DNA of 64,000 nt from a virus. The stretch lies in the IMG/VR virus record IMGVR_UViG_3300048929_000185, positions 1-64,000 of that record. One strand, 5' to 3'. Positions within the stretch are counted from its first letter, which is position 1. The number at the start of each line of letters is the position of its first letter. Position numbers and translations under genes: made by a program. Under the pieces are notes generated by a model, which had not been told where the DNA came from, searched no databases, and saw only the letters and a list, made by a program, of their open reading frames with translations. This document shows positions 11,510-22,082 of the stretch, in pieces.

Positions 11510-12189
11510 TTATTTTCCTCCAATCCACATTTAATTAGTTCATCTGCATACGGCAAACTATTAACCCAAGCAATAAATGCTTCGCTCCATTCAGATAATT
11601 TATGATTTCTTCTACTTCGATAAATTGAGTATAAATTCTCGTAATTCATAGTGACGGTGCGAGTCTGGAGCCAAGATTCCGGAAGCCAACGAATTAATTC
11701 TTTCCAATATCTCTTATCTTTTGTATTAATATATTTTTTGCGTAAATCTTCTAAAAAGTATATGATACATTCAACTTCCTCTCCTACGGTTGAATTTGCA
11801 TATGAATGAGTGTCTTCACATTCTAAATCCAAATCAACATCGTCTATTTCAAAGCAATCAAGTATAATTGGCGTAGTTGAAAGTTTGTGCATTGTACTTG
11901 TTGAGTTAGCAACCGTACCTATCTTATATGTATCAAATTCTTTCCACCAGTACAGAGGAGCCGTAATATCTACTGAAACCATTATCTGACGAAGGAACTT
12001 TCTGTGTTCGCTTCCTGCCACAATCAACTGTTGAGCAAGTTTCATATCATTACTTCCAATTACATATTTGTTCTGATCCCATTCATCATATCCAGTGTAG
12101 CTATCACTTCTAATCCAAGATTCTTTAGGATTGCGCATACCGCGGAGTGCATGATCAAAGCCCCATACATCTGTCAATTCAAACCTCAC
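11506..12189 (-). CDS. thyX: ThyX-like flavin-dependent thymidylate synthase
   Basis: GSEHRKFLRQI, APLYWWKEFDTYK, STSTMH, RRNHKLSEW; GTG start at 12189 after GGAGG. Confidence 0.7.
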   Translation of the reverse strand: MRFELTDVWGFDHALRGMRNPKESWIRSDSYTGYDEWDQNKYVIGSNDMKLAQQLIVAGSEHRKFLRQIMVSVDITAPLYWWKEFDTYKIGTVANSTSTMHKLSTTPIILDCFEIDDVDLDLECEDTHSYANSTVGEEVECIIYFLEDLRKKYINTKDKRYWKELIRWLPESWLQTRTVTMNYENLYSIYRSRRNHKLSEWSEAFIAWVNSLPYADELIKCGLEENK

Positions 12190-12430
12190 CGTTATTCTCC
12201 TCCACCTTATACTTTTCCATTTCCTTGTAAAATTCAGTCTCTTCTTCATTATCTTCGGTATTGATTTTTACGACCAGTTTCCATCTCGTATCAAGATTTA
12301 GTACTGAGATAAACGACTTTGCATCAACTGATTCATGCCTGGCTGCAAGTCTGAGATCTATATCACTTTTGTACTTACTTGTGATTGTCACAAACTCTGC
12401 CACTTCCTCCAGATTTAATTTAATTTCCAT
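12179..12430 (-). CDS. HPr-family protein lacking His15
   Basis: FV...SKYKSDI...VDAKSFISVLNL (Ser46 region); no GLHARP motif. Confidence 0.8.
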   Translation of the reverse strand: MEIKLNLEEVAEFVTITSKYKSDIDLRLAARHESVDAKSFISVLNLDTRWKLVVKINTEDNEEETEFYKEMEKYKVEENNGEV

Positions 12431-12748
12431 TTACACCTCTCCTATTATTTTTTATTTACCATCATATGTACAAACACTTATTCACCGGAAAACAGTCTAA
12501 GTTCGCCGTTGCCATCAAAATCATCGTAATCAATAATTATGTCATTTCCATCTCTACGGAAAAGTCCTTTAATTTTCCTATCGTCTCTAAATGTGAGAGC
12601 GCTCTTTTTATTTTTGCCAATATAAAGATTTGCGTCAGGGGTCTCTTCAAACATTCTAATTAGTTCATTTAAAATTGCCATTCCTTGTGTCATTTAATAT
12701 TGTTTCACTCCTATCATGTATTTTATTTTGTATGTATTATTGGATTTA

Positions 12749-12780
12749 GTGGTATTTACATTTTGCTTGCTGCCACAAGT
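12749..12780 (-). promoter_or_regulatory. Leader element 1 (UGGCAG-loop hairpin plus AAAUGUAAAUACC)
   Basis: Plus strand GTGGTATTTACATTTT-GCTTG-CTGCCA-CAAGT. Confidence 0.8.
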
Positions 12781-12783
12781 TTT

Positions 12784-12855
12784 ATTACTATATTACCTTT
12801 GCTACTTCTTTAGTATATCATTACTATATTTCTCTGTCAAGGTAAAAAATAAAAA
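12784..12855 (-). promoter_or_regulatory. Repeated sigmaA promoter, copy 1
   Basis: TTGACA (12835-40)-17-TATACT; ATTACTATAT at 12784 and 12820. Confidence 0.88.
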
Positions 12856-13652
12856 CATTTTTCGACTTGAAATCCTAGATTTATTGCTCCAAACTTTCAA
12901 GAGCGCATTCAATAGCTTCATTAAAACCGCAACCGCCGTTATAATAACTTAATACATAGTCAATCGTACCGTCTTCATTAATCGAAGCATGATATATGTC
13001 ATCTCCGTCAGCTTCCACATCCTTGATTATTTTATAAACATTGTTGTTGCAAATTATAAATTCTTTACTACATTCATCACTAAAACATTCTTCGTATGAG
13101 CCATAATATGATCTCATTTTAATTCCATTTCGAATGCAGTATTCTTTACACCAGACTTCTACTGTCTGAAAGCTTGATATATCTATTTTTAATAATTTCC
13201 CTACATGAACTTCTGTCTGTGACATGTTAATTCCTCCTTTAAATCTCCAATTTTATTCATTACTTGTTGACTTATCTGTTCTGAGTAAATCTTTGTAATA
13301 TTTTACACTGTTATCGTAAGTTACGGTTGATCCCTGTGAATTATATCCGCATGAGCATTTATAAAATACCTGTGATTCTCCATACGAATACGAAATATAA
13401 CTCTGCATTAGCCTACTACAATTTGGGCAAAACATGTTATGCTCCATCTTAATCCTCCTTACTCATTTCCAAAATATATACATTGTGAACACTCATTATC
13501 GATTGCCACTTCTATCGCATCATCTACATCTTTTTTATGTACTTTCTTAACCTGATTCGTAAATTCATATCCTAAATTTTCTTCAATTATCTTTAATGCT
13601 TCTGCAAAACTCTCTACCCGTTCCCAGTTATTATTTACGTAGACCGTATCCG

Positions 13653-14048
13653 TTACACCTCCTTATAAGAGTCTGGCATCGGCTTCCATGCGATCACCTC
13701 AAAACTATCGTCATTAAAATTACACCATTTTCCGTCTACGGTTATATCGTCGCAAGTAAATACTGTATCATTATCATAATTTTTCACAGTAACTAATACC
13801 ATATCTGATGCAGCATATCGTCTAACATCTATAACCGCCATAGTATCTATGTCCCATATATCTCGCGATTCTTCATGTTCTTCTGGCATACATTCGCTTA
13901 CTGGAATCCATCTGTCTTTATCTTGGTTCTTCAACGCTTCTATCGCCATGACAAGAGCTTCTGTGATTTTGATTGCTTTTGGATATTCTAATTTAAAATG
14001 AATGTCCATATGATCTTTTATTCTTGAAATTGCTTCACCCTTTGTCAC
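13653..14048 (-). CDS. DUF551-like phage protein
   Basis: WIPVSECMPE...VIAWKPMP. Confidence 0.75.
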   Translation of the reverse strand: MTKGEAISRIKDHMDIHFKLEYPKAIKITEALVMAIEALKNQDKDRWIPVSECMPEEHEESRDIWDIDTMAVIDVRRYAASDMVLVTVKNYDNDTVFTCDDITVDGKWCNFNDDSFEVIAWKPMPDSYKEV

Positions 14049-14894
14049 TTAATTACCTCCTCCTTGAAACTACCATTTTATACGCTTACTACCAACGTCA
14101 AATCTTCCGTACCGTCATCATTATTCTTTATTTTCACCTCAAAATCGGCTTTATTTTTAACCGCTAGTCTTACCTTGTCTTTCATATCTCTATCTTTTAT
14201 TCTAAATAGATAATAATGCTTTCCGGATCTATCCTTAATTTTAGTATCTACATCACTTGTTTCATAGATAATACCCTCTGTCTCTCTTCCAAAATAAAAG
14301 AATAACCAACCGTATAGTGGATAATCCCCTTTACCGAAATGCTTATCACACTTTGGTAATAACCACGGGTCTTTTAATGAAAATTGAAAATAAATAGAGT
14401 ATGCTTCTTTTGTTTTAAAATTCACATTTAATAAATTCCATGTAAATCGTCTCCTATCGATATGTAATAACATACGTCCTCCTACTATGGATTTGCAGTT
14501 TTAACTATCCTACCGTAAACCATCTGTCGTAATCGTTTTCACCCACATTATTTTTATGTAATAAGTTTTGCAACTCATTAAAGTCTTGCTCTGTACTTTC
14601 TGAATAGTCTGGAAACAAAGGCTCGCTATTATAGTCAATATCATAGAAATCAGATTCAACCACTGAAGAATCTCTCATTACCACTACTATTTTTCTATTC
14701 ACTTATTCTCCTTCATCCCATCTAAATTTAAAGATGTTTCGCAAAACTTCTTGATCTCCTGAACACTTTTACCATCGTCACACATATTTAGCACAGCACC
14801 AAGTATTCCACAAGCACCTGCCCTCATTCCGTCCAGTCTTACTTTATCCAACGTTTTCTTAGCAGCATTTTCAAACTGCTGTTCAACTGCATTT

Positions 14895-16076
14895 TTATTT
14901 TTCATTTAATAATCCTCCATTCTTTTTGTTAATTTTGTTTGATCTGAATTCCATAATCTTACTTTGCAAATATGCTGGCTGAACAGGATATTCTAAATTC
15001 AAGCCATTTAAAACGCTTTCATCATATCCAAGTAGTTTCACACACTCCAATGCCATATCTTTTTCAAAATAATCCAATTCTTCTTGAATATCAAATCTGC
15101 CGTACCTAATTAGTGCCGCATCTATTCTCTCTTTATAATTCGTTGTAGCAACGTAAATTGTGTTTTCAGTAGAATAAATTCCATCTAGTAATTGAAATAC
15201 CGCGTTCTGGTTATTATCTTTCTGCTTTTTACTTTCTATATCCAGCTCAACACCTTCAGTTTCTTCCCGACTTTTAAAGAACATATCGAAATCTTCAATT
15301 AATACAATTATGGTTCCATCGTATTTCTTACGCATCTTGAGAATTTTGTTAATTGAATTCATGATATTGGCAGGATCAATTGTTAATATCGGTGCATTTC
15401 CAAACATGGAACTTATGGCTTTCGCCACGGTTGACTTCCCAGTTCCTGGCTTTCCGTATAAAAACACCCCAATTTTATGAACTAACTGATGATTTTCGTA
15501 CCATTCTTTGCTCTTATTCCAGCTCTTTAAACCAGAGACTATCCTTTCTTTTACTTCGTCATCAAGGATTATGTTGCTGAAGTCGTGAGGTATAGTATCA
15601 CAAGTAACGTCAAACTCATTTAAAAATTGCACTCGTATGTGTTTATCATCTGTAATTTTAAGAGCGTCTTTTAAAAATTTTTCTCTGATTTTATATCTAT
15701 CTCTTCCATAAAAAATAAGTTTAAGACGAGGTTCTGGATAATATGTCTTTTCGCTTTTGTTCTTATAAGACTCAACCTTTATGTAATTACCCCTATTTAC
15801 TTTGACAAAATATGTAGTGTCGCTGCATAATTCATAAAATTCCTTATTTGTGGTTGGGGTTCTATGTTTGATAAAAGTGTCAGGATCTAGTTTGTATATC
15901 ATCTTATTTATGTTGTTGTAGGCATTATCCCACTCTCCAACGTCAATAACAGAACTCTTTAAACCCTTTATTATTTGAATCGCACTAGATATAGCTGTCG
16001 CTCCAATAGAAACCGCAACTCCTGTAGTTATCTGTTTTAAGACTGTATCATTTTTATTTGATATAATGTGTTCCAC
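14895..16076 (-). CDS. AAA+ ATPase (BCS1-like)
   Basis: GKPGTGKS, VLIEDFD, LLDG, TTN, IDAALIRYGRFD. Confidence 0.9.
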   Translation of the reverse strand: MEHIISNKNDTVLKQITTGVAVSIGATAISSAIQIIKGLKSSVIDVGEWDNAYNNINKMIYKLDPDTFIKHRTPTTNKEFYELCSDTTYFVKVNRGNYIKVESYKNKSEKTYYPEPRLKLIFYGRDRYKIREKFLKDALKITDDKHIRVQFLNEFDVTCDTIPHDFSNIILDDEVKERIVSGLKSWNKSKEWYENHQLVHKIGVFLYGKPGTGKSTVAKAISSMFGNAPILTIDPANIMNSINKILKMRKKYDGTIIVLIEDFDMFFKSREETEGVELDIESKKQKDNNQNAVFQLLDGIYSTENTIYVATTNYKERIDAALIRYGRFDIQEELDYFEKDMALECVKLLGYDESVLNGLNLEYPVQPAYLQSKIMEFRSNKINKKNGGLLNEK

Positions 16077-16115
16077 TTCCTCTCTTCTGCAAATGAACTG
16101 TTGGTTTCCTCGGCT

Positions 16116-16883
16116 TTACACCACATAATTTTTATCGTTTTCTATTTTAACCTTGTGATTCAATAAGGCATTATATAACTTAAGTGAAATCATATTTTTG
16201 TATTCTTCGGCAACGCTTTTTATTGCTTCCTCTTTTTCTTTAGCATATATTTCAAATGCATCTAATATATCGTCATACGCTCCAAGCATATACCCATTGT
16301 ATTCTGCTCTATATCTACCATATTTATCTACCCATATTCCATTTGGTAAACCTCTTTTGTTTGGCTTATTTAGAAATAACATGTTAATTCTTTGTGGAAC
16401 AAGTAAACATTTATCTGGTGAATATTCCTTGTTGCCCGGAATTAAAATATCTTTATCTAAGTGCAATCTTTCCTCTGTATCTATATAGTTATCATCAAAC
16501 CACTTAGCAAAATTTTGATAATTATGCCACTCTTCACATGTAGTACAAATCCCAGAATATGTTGGAAATTTCTTTTTATTTTTAGAATAACATCTCCTAA
16601 TCATTTCATACCAGCCCGCATATGCTAATGTATGCGCTTTAGATGTACCAGTTTTATACTTTCCGTCTCCAAGATATCCAACCCCATAAACTATTTTATC
16701 ATATGGATTACAGATAACTCCATTTTTAAAATTAACATATGTATTATTAAATTTGACATAATGATACTCATCAAGGAATTCTACATCTATATTAGAACAA
16801 TCTTTGTATTTTATTATTTTCATTGGAGTACCTCTATTATTAATGCCTAATTCCCCCGTTCTATCATTAAATAATCCATGCAA
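16116..16883 (-). CDS. Free-standing HNH-type homing endonuclease
   Basis: WYEMIRRCY...CEEWHNYQNFAKW...LDKDIL..GNKEYSPDKC. Confidence 0.85.
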   Translation of the reverse strand: MHGLFNDRTGELGINNRGTPMKIIKYKDCSNIDVEFLDEYHYVKFNNTYVNFKNGVICNPYDKIVYGVGYLGDGKYKTGTSKAHTLAYAGWYEMIRRCYSKNKKKFPTYSGICTTCEEWHNYQNFAKWFDDNYIDTEERLHLDKDILIPGNKEYSPDKCLLVPQRINMLFLNKPNKRGLPNGIWVDKYGRYRAEYNGYMLGAYDDILDAFEIYAKEKEEAIKSVAEEYKNMISLKLYNALLNHKVKIENDKNYVV

Positions 16884-16887
16884 TTAC

Positions 16888-17226
16888 CTACTTCCTCCCC
16901 TCACTCTTAATGGTTTCTAATTTATACTGTTCTAAAAAGTTACTCGCCAAATGCTCCAGGTACTTACGATGTTCATTTGTCAGTTTGTACTTCAAGTCAA
17001 ATCCGGTTGCGCTGCTGTAATCTTTCAGGCACTCATAATAAAAACATTCACTGATTCTATCTCTATTCTCATTTACTAACTTCTCGAGAAGTTTGGCACA
17101 CTTATCGTAATCCGGATCTGAAATTATATTACAATTGTAATCGTAGTAGATTATGCTATGTATTATGAGCTTACGGCAGATCCAGTCGATTTGATCTGTT
17201 ATGGTGAGATTATTAAACGTTGTCAT
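16888..17226 (-). CDS. Stand-alone NAD-dependent ligase domain Ia-like protein
   Basis: HSIIYYD...IISDPDYDK...LEKL motif without an adenylation domain. Confidence 0.7.
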   Translation of the reverse strand: MTTFNNLTITDQIDWICRKLIIHSIIYYDYNCNIISDPDYDKCAKLLEKLVNENRDRISECFYYECLKDYSSATGFDLKYKLTNEHRKYLEHLASNFLEQYKLETIKSEGRK

Positions 17227-17880
17227 TTGTTTTCCTTATATTCATTCATTGCCTTCTGTAAACATTTGGCTGCTTCTTCTGCGGTAATATTGCTAACATC
17301 ATCACAATTCATCATTGAGGCTCTTTCTAATTCATAATATTCGCATCTTCATGGTTTAAAAGTAGTGCATTTCCCGTGTTCGTCAATTTCAATTCTTTTC
17401 TCTTCAAGATTTCTTTGGCAACAATCTTCCCAGTAATATTTACACTTTGTGTTCATACACATCATGTTTATAGCCATCTAATCATCTCCTTACCTCAGTT
17501 CTTATTTTTTAATTGGCTTTCCAGTTCCGGACACGAAATTGTGACCAAGGTTCTCAATAATGTCAGCGATTTCATCTTGCAATTCTGATACAATTTCAAT
17601 ATACGTTCTTTTGTCTTTGACATTAAATTCAACAGAGAATTTAAGTTCTACACCACCGATCTCAGAATCACCAATTATCATACATTCGTTCTCAGTACTC
17701 GAATGCTTTTTATTCTTTCCTTTATGTCTGTATATACCGTATGCTTCTTTCATTACCAACAAAATACTTATTATAGCCGACACACATAGCAATACGCTTC
17801 CATAAAACAATATATTGTTAATTAAATTTAACACTCACAATCACCTCTTTTCTCCCATGAAAGGTTTCTTTCATTTCATT

Positions 17881-18252
17881 TCATTCTATTAATCCTGGGT
17901 TTTCATAAATATTTCCGATCACTTCATAACTTCCATTAACAGAGCCATGATATCCACGATATTGTTTTACTCCTACGCTTTTAAATTCACTTCCTATGTA
18001 TGTTATTACTCCAATGTGTCTATGTGATTTACCTCTATTCCACTCTTTCCCCTTTATAACGTCGCCTTCATACATCACATTCTCATTCTTATCTTTTAAT
18101 TCCGTAGATTGCATTAGAATAACATCATTCCAAAAATCCAATGGTGTCGCGTGTAGATATGGATAACAAGTTCCATCTCCGAAATCTACTATCGGAATAT
18201 CAACCATTAATTCATTTTCTTTATCCCATACCCTGAATTTAATATCTCTCAA
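17881..18252 (-). CDS. YopX family protein
   Basis: IKFRVWD...LMQSTELKDKN...YEGDVI...EVIGNIYENP. Confidence 0.92.
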   Translation of the reverse strand: MRDIKFRVWDKENELMVDIPIVDFGDGTCYPYLHATPLDFWNDVILMQSTELKDKNENVMYEGDVIKGKEWNRGKSHRHIGVITYIGSEFKSVGVKQYRGYHGSVNGSYEVIGNIYENPGLIE

Positions 18253-19581
18253 AAAATTTCCACCTCCATAGTTGTAATGAATGTATTAATTTAATTTAAC
18301 TTTTCAATAATTATCTTGTACTTATCGTCTTTTTCGGTATCTTTTCCAATTAACTCATCTAACGCGGTTGGTACGTTAGCAGTAAATATTGCATCTTCGG
18401 TTTCGAAATACCAGTCATGACCGTCTGTTCTCACTGTTCCACTAATTTCTATAATAGATTTTGCATTGTCAAACTTATCATACGACAAACCATTATCTGT
18501 AACTTTGTTGATTTTTTCCATAGCATCATCTATGTCTTTAACATCTCTAACCAATTTTTTAATAATTTTAATCAGTTCATCATTTACCATTTATTTTCCC
18601 TCCTTGAAACGTCGGTTTCAACTGCTTAAAGTGCATTTTTCATTAAATATTCTGCAATATCTGTTGTAATTTCTTCATCAAACTCTTCAAAATCATCTAA
18701 TGATATCGTTCCAACCCCGAAGGCTGACTTATCTCTGGTAAGGTTGTAAGCGTATGAATCGTTTCCGATATCAAAATATTTATCCAACACAAGCTTGATA
18801 TTTTCTTCTGTAAACGCATTCTCATAATCAAACAACTTTCGTACAAGTAATGCAACAATACCTACTTCTTCTCTATCAACACGATATAAAACTATGCCGC
18901 GAGCATCTAAGACATCAATTGATCCATCACTATTTTTATCTAAAATTTTATTCATATATAATCCTTTCTTTATTTTGCTTTGTTCTCCAAAATTTCCAAC
19001 CTTTCATTGAGTCTCCAAATCAGATTTTTTAGTTCTCCTAATTCTGTTTTTAAAGATTCAACATTCCGCTCTCCATACGTAAATCTCCTCTCAAACCTCT
19101 TTTTCATTTTATAGAACTCCACACATTGACCATAAATCTTCTAAATACGCGGATGCCAGCTTAAGCATCTCTTTTTCTACATATACTTCGGTTCCCATCA
19201 TTCCTGGATATCCTATTTTCGACTTCTCTTTAAGGTAGTTAAGCACTTGTTCTGGATTGCTTACTGCATCAAATTTTTCTTCAAAACAAGAATCCAATTT
19301 GGTGTTTTTGCCTTGTGAAATAATCATGTCATATTTTTCCAATGAGTTTTCACCAATGTAAAAAAGTCCAAATTCATCATTAATTTTTAAATAATAATAC
19401 TCGCAACCATCATCATTGTTCACATGACTTTCTGTAATTACGGCTATTCCATTTTTTATTGTTTGTTTTTGAATAAAACTTTCGTTGATCTCAGTTATTG
19501 TTCTTGTAATTTCGGGGATTAAAAACCTATCCCCAATTTTATACTTTCTACTCATTAATATCCTCCAATTCTCCATTAAAA

Positions 19582-20127
19582 TCATACTTTCAAAGCCCTG
19601 TCATATTTGATTAACTCTTCTATAATTAAGCTATCTGACAATACATCTTTGCAAAAATAACAAGTAGCAAAACTATTCCATGTTTTACATTTTTCTGCCG
19701 TTTCATGAAATCCAATCCTTTTATCAAAAGATAACATCTGAATTCCGTCTTTGAAATATTTATATCGTTCAATTCCTTGCAGCGTTTGCAGAGGTAGCAG
19801 CATAGCAAATGGTATATGTAAATTATATAATCTCTCTAAGATCAAATCTTTCTTGGAGAATGGAGGATTTGAAACTATGTAGTCAATTTTTTCATCTGGT
19901 AAATAGTCAAAGAAATCCTTGCCATCATCTATGTGTGATCTTGTAACATGGAACCCTCTTTCCTTTAGTAAATTATAGAAAGCACTTCTTGACGAATCAA
20001 ACGGTGTCCAGATAGTAGATTTGGGCTTTAAGTATTTTATAATTGGTTCAACCGCATAATATGGAGTTTCCCAGTTGTCTTGATTACTTGTTCTATCGCT
20101 GTTTAAATATCCTGTATTTCGTGCCAT
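19582..20127 (-). CDS. Small DNA adenine methyltransferase
   Basis: WETPYYAV, IWTPFD, DFF and IVSNPPFS motifs. Confidence 0.82.
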   Translation of the reverse strand: MARNTGYLNSDRTSNQDNWETPYYAVEPIIKYLKPKSTIWTPFDSSRSAFYNLLKERGFHVTRSHIDDGKDFFDYLPDEKIDYIVSNPPFSKKDLILERLYNLHIPFAMLLPLQTLQGIERYKYFKDGIQMLSFDKRIGFHETAEKCKTWNSFATCYFCKDVLSDSLIIEELIKYDRALKV

Positions 20128-20211
20128 TAGTCACCTTATTAGTAGCTGCGCAGCTTTATCATCGATGACTTTTACCTTTCTTTTTTGTCTTTGAATCTTT
20201 AATTTCATATC

Positions 20212-21120
20212 TTATATGTATTGTTTTAAGTTACTCAAAATAAATTCTACGGTAGGTTCATTCCAACCATTGCCCATTAAACTACACCGTTTTGCATAAC
20301 TAAGTTTTTTACCATTTACTTTTACATTTGTAAAATTGTCTGGAACACCCTGAAGCCTCTCGTATTCTATTTCTGTCAATTTTCTTGGTTTACCGTTGTC
20401 TAAAACTTTCTTCTCTTGATATCCACCACTTACGCAGGTTAATGTTGCCATTTTATAATTTGGATTGTAAATTCTCTTACACATTTCAGTCGTATTCACA
20501 AGCAGCTCTCCACAAACCTTTTTATCCATATTAGTAATTTTAAATGGCTTATTATAGTAATATTTATCGCTAACATTTTCTTCCATAATATCTTTTAGCA
20601 TTAGTGAGTTGTGTACTGGGAGTTTATCTAACTTAATATTAGTCCAATAATATCTTTCTCTATCTTGAGCAGAGAATAAATTACTGTTAATCAATATAGG
20701 ATCTATTCCAATAAGTTGAGTCATGGTATTTAAATCTTCGCTTTTAGTAGGAATTACGTTTTCAAACATAATCCACCTCGGCTTTATTACATTTATTGCT
20801 TCAATCGCTTTAAAGAAAATGCCAGATTTGCCCATTAACCCATTGTTTATTTCTTCGTTTTCAATTCGTATTCTCGAAAGAGATTGACAACAGGTTCCAG
20901 CCAAAACTAAATCAAACCCAATAAATTGTTCAAAATTTGCTTTATATAAATCTCCACAATGATTAATGAACGGAAAATGATATGACGAAACGGCTATTGC
21001 TTCCGATAATATTTCGTATGTACAATATTCTTCTATCGGTATATTCAGCCTTTGTAATGTAAGTAACCCCGTTTCAACTCCACCGCAAAGACTTAGAACT
21101 CTTAATCCTCTATTATTCAA
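20212..21120 (-). CDS. DNA cytosine-C5 methyltransferase (variant motifs)
   Basis: LSLCGG, GTCCQSLS, FENV, AQDRERYYW, ERLQG and GNGW motifs. Confidence 0.92.
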   Translation of the reverse strand: MNNRGLRVLSLCGGVETGLLTLQRLNIPIEEYCTYEILSEAIAVSSYHFPFINHCGDLYKANFEQFIGFDLVLAGTCCQSLSRIRIENEEINNGLMGKSGIFFKAIEAINVIKPRWIMFENVIPTKSEDLNTMTQLIGIDPILINSNLFSAQDRERYYWTNIKLDKLPVHNSLMLKDIMEENVSDKYYYNKPFKITNMDKKVCGELLVNTTEMCKRIYNPNYKMATLTCVSGGYQEKKVLDNGKPRKLTEIEYERLQGVPDNFTNVKVNGKKLSYAKRCSLMGNGWNEPTVEFILSNLKQYI

Positions 21121-21279
21121 TTTTCCCTATTTACAGGGAATGCGCATTCACTTGTAACCGGTGTTTTACTGTTTTCCTTTCTAATTTTTTGTATGCCGCT
21201 TAGACCTGGAGTTCGCGACCACCAGATAAAAGCGAAGTTTCATTACTGTTTCAGTCCATATGTTGTATGTATTTTAAAA

Positions 21280-21966
21280 TTAAACTACTATATCTTGTAA
21301 TCTTTTATCTGCTATATTGAAATATGGCGTTTCTAATTCAGATCCAAGATAGTTTCTTTTTAATTCCTTGGCAGCAACCATAGTGGCTCCCGTTCCTATA
21401 AACGGATCAAAAACAATATCTCCTTCATTGCTTGAATTCAATATATAAAACTTTAGTAACTCAACTGGCTTCTCACACGGGTGTGTTTTATTTCCTATGA
21501 TATTGTTAAACTGATGAACTGTCTTGCTTCCTCCGATATCATTAATCCACTTTGCTTTACCTTTTCTTAGAAATAATACGTATTCACAATTTTTCATATA
21601 AAACTGTGATGGCGTACAATTGTTCTTTTCCCATACGAGCAAATTGTGCAGTTTAAATCCTGCCTTTTGTGATTCATTAAGCATTTCTGTTAGATTTAAT
21701 GAGTTTGTAAATATGTAAGCATGAGAACCAGATTTTAAAATTCTGTATAATTCTGGCATCCAATCGGATATTTTTATATTCTGATGCTTGAATAATTTTC
21801 TATTTCCAGACAGCATACCTTTTGGTCTTTCTGAATTTTTACCATTACTGTCTCCGCCGGTAATCGTCTTATATGGGGGATCTGTCACTATGAGATCGAC
21901 ACATTCTTCCTCCATGTTTTTCATTGCTAAAATTGAATCTTCATTCCGTATAATATTTGATTCCAT
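21280..21966 (-). CDS. N4/N6 DNA methyltransferase (beta class)
   Basis: TDPPY, HPCEKP and DPFIGTG motifs. Confidence 0.93.
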   Translation of the reverse strand: MESNIIRNEDSILAMKNMEEECVDLIVTDPPYKTITGGDSNGKNSERPKGMLSGNRKLFKHQNIKISDWMPELYRILKSGSHAYIFTNSLNLTEMLNESQKAGFKLHNLLVWEKNNCTPSQFYMKNCEYVLFLRKGKAKWINDIGGSKTVHQFNNIIGNKTHPCEKPVELLKFYILNSSNEGDIVFDPFIGTGATMVAAKELKRNYLGSELETPYFNIADKRLQDIVV

Positions 21967-22051
21967 TATTAACCAGAAAGGTAGAATTCTTTTGGTCGCG
22001 ACACCTTTATCCTTTCTGCATATTTTATTTTGTTTTTATGATTGATTTTTA

Positions 22052-22082
22052 TGGTATTTACATTTTTACGATCTGCCAATCG
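22052..22082 (-). promoter_or_regulatory. Leader element 2 (UGGCAG-loop hairpin plus AAAUGUAAAUACC)
   Basis: Plus strand TGGTATTTACATTTTTA-CGAT-CTGCCA-ATCG. Confidence 0.8.

Noticed and set aside
3698-12249. Modified-base (Z, deazaguanine or hmU) pathway
   Set aside because: Only generic dNTP-supply genes are seen; no purZ, queC/D/E, folE or dpdA-like motifs.
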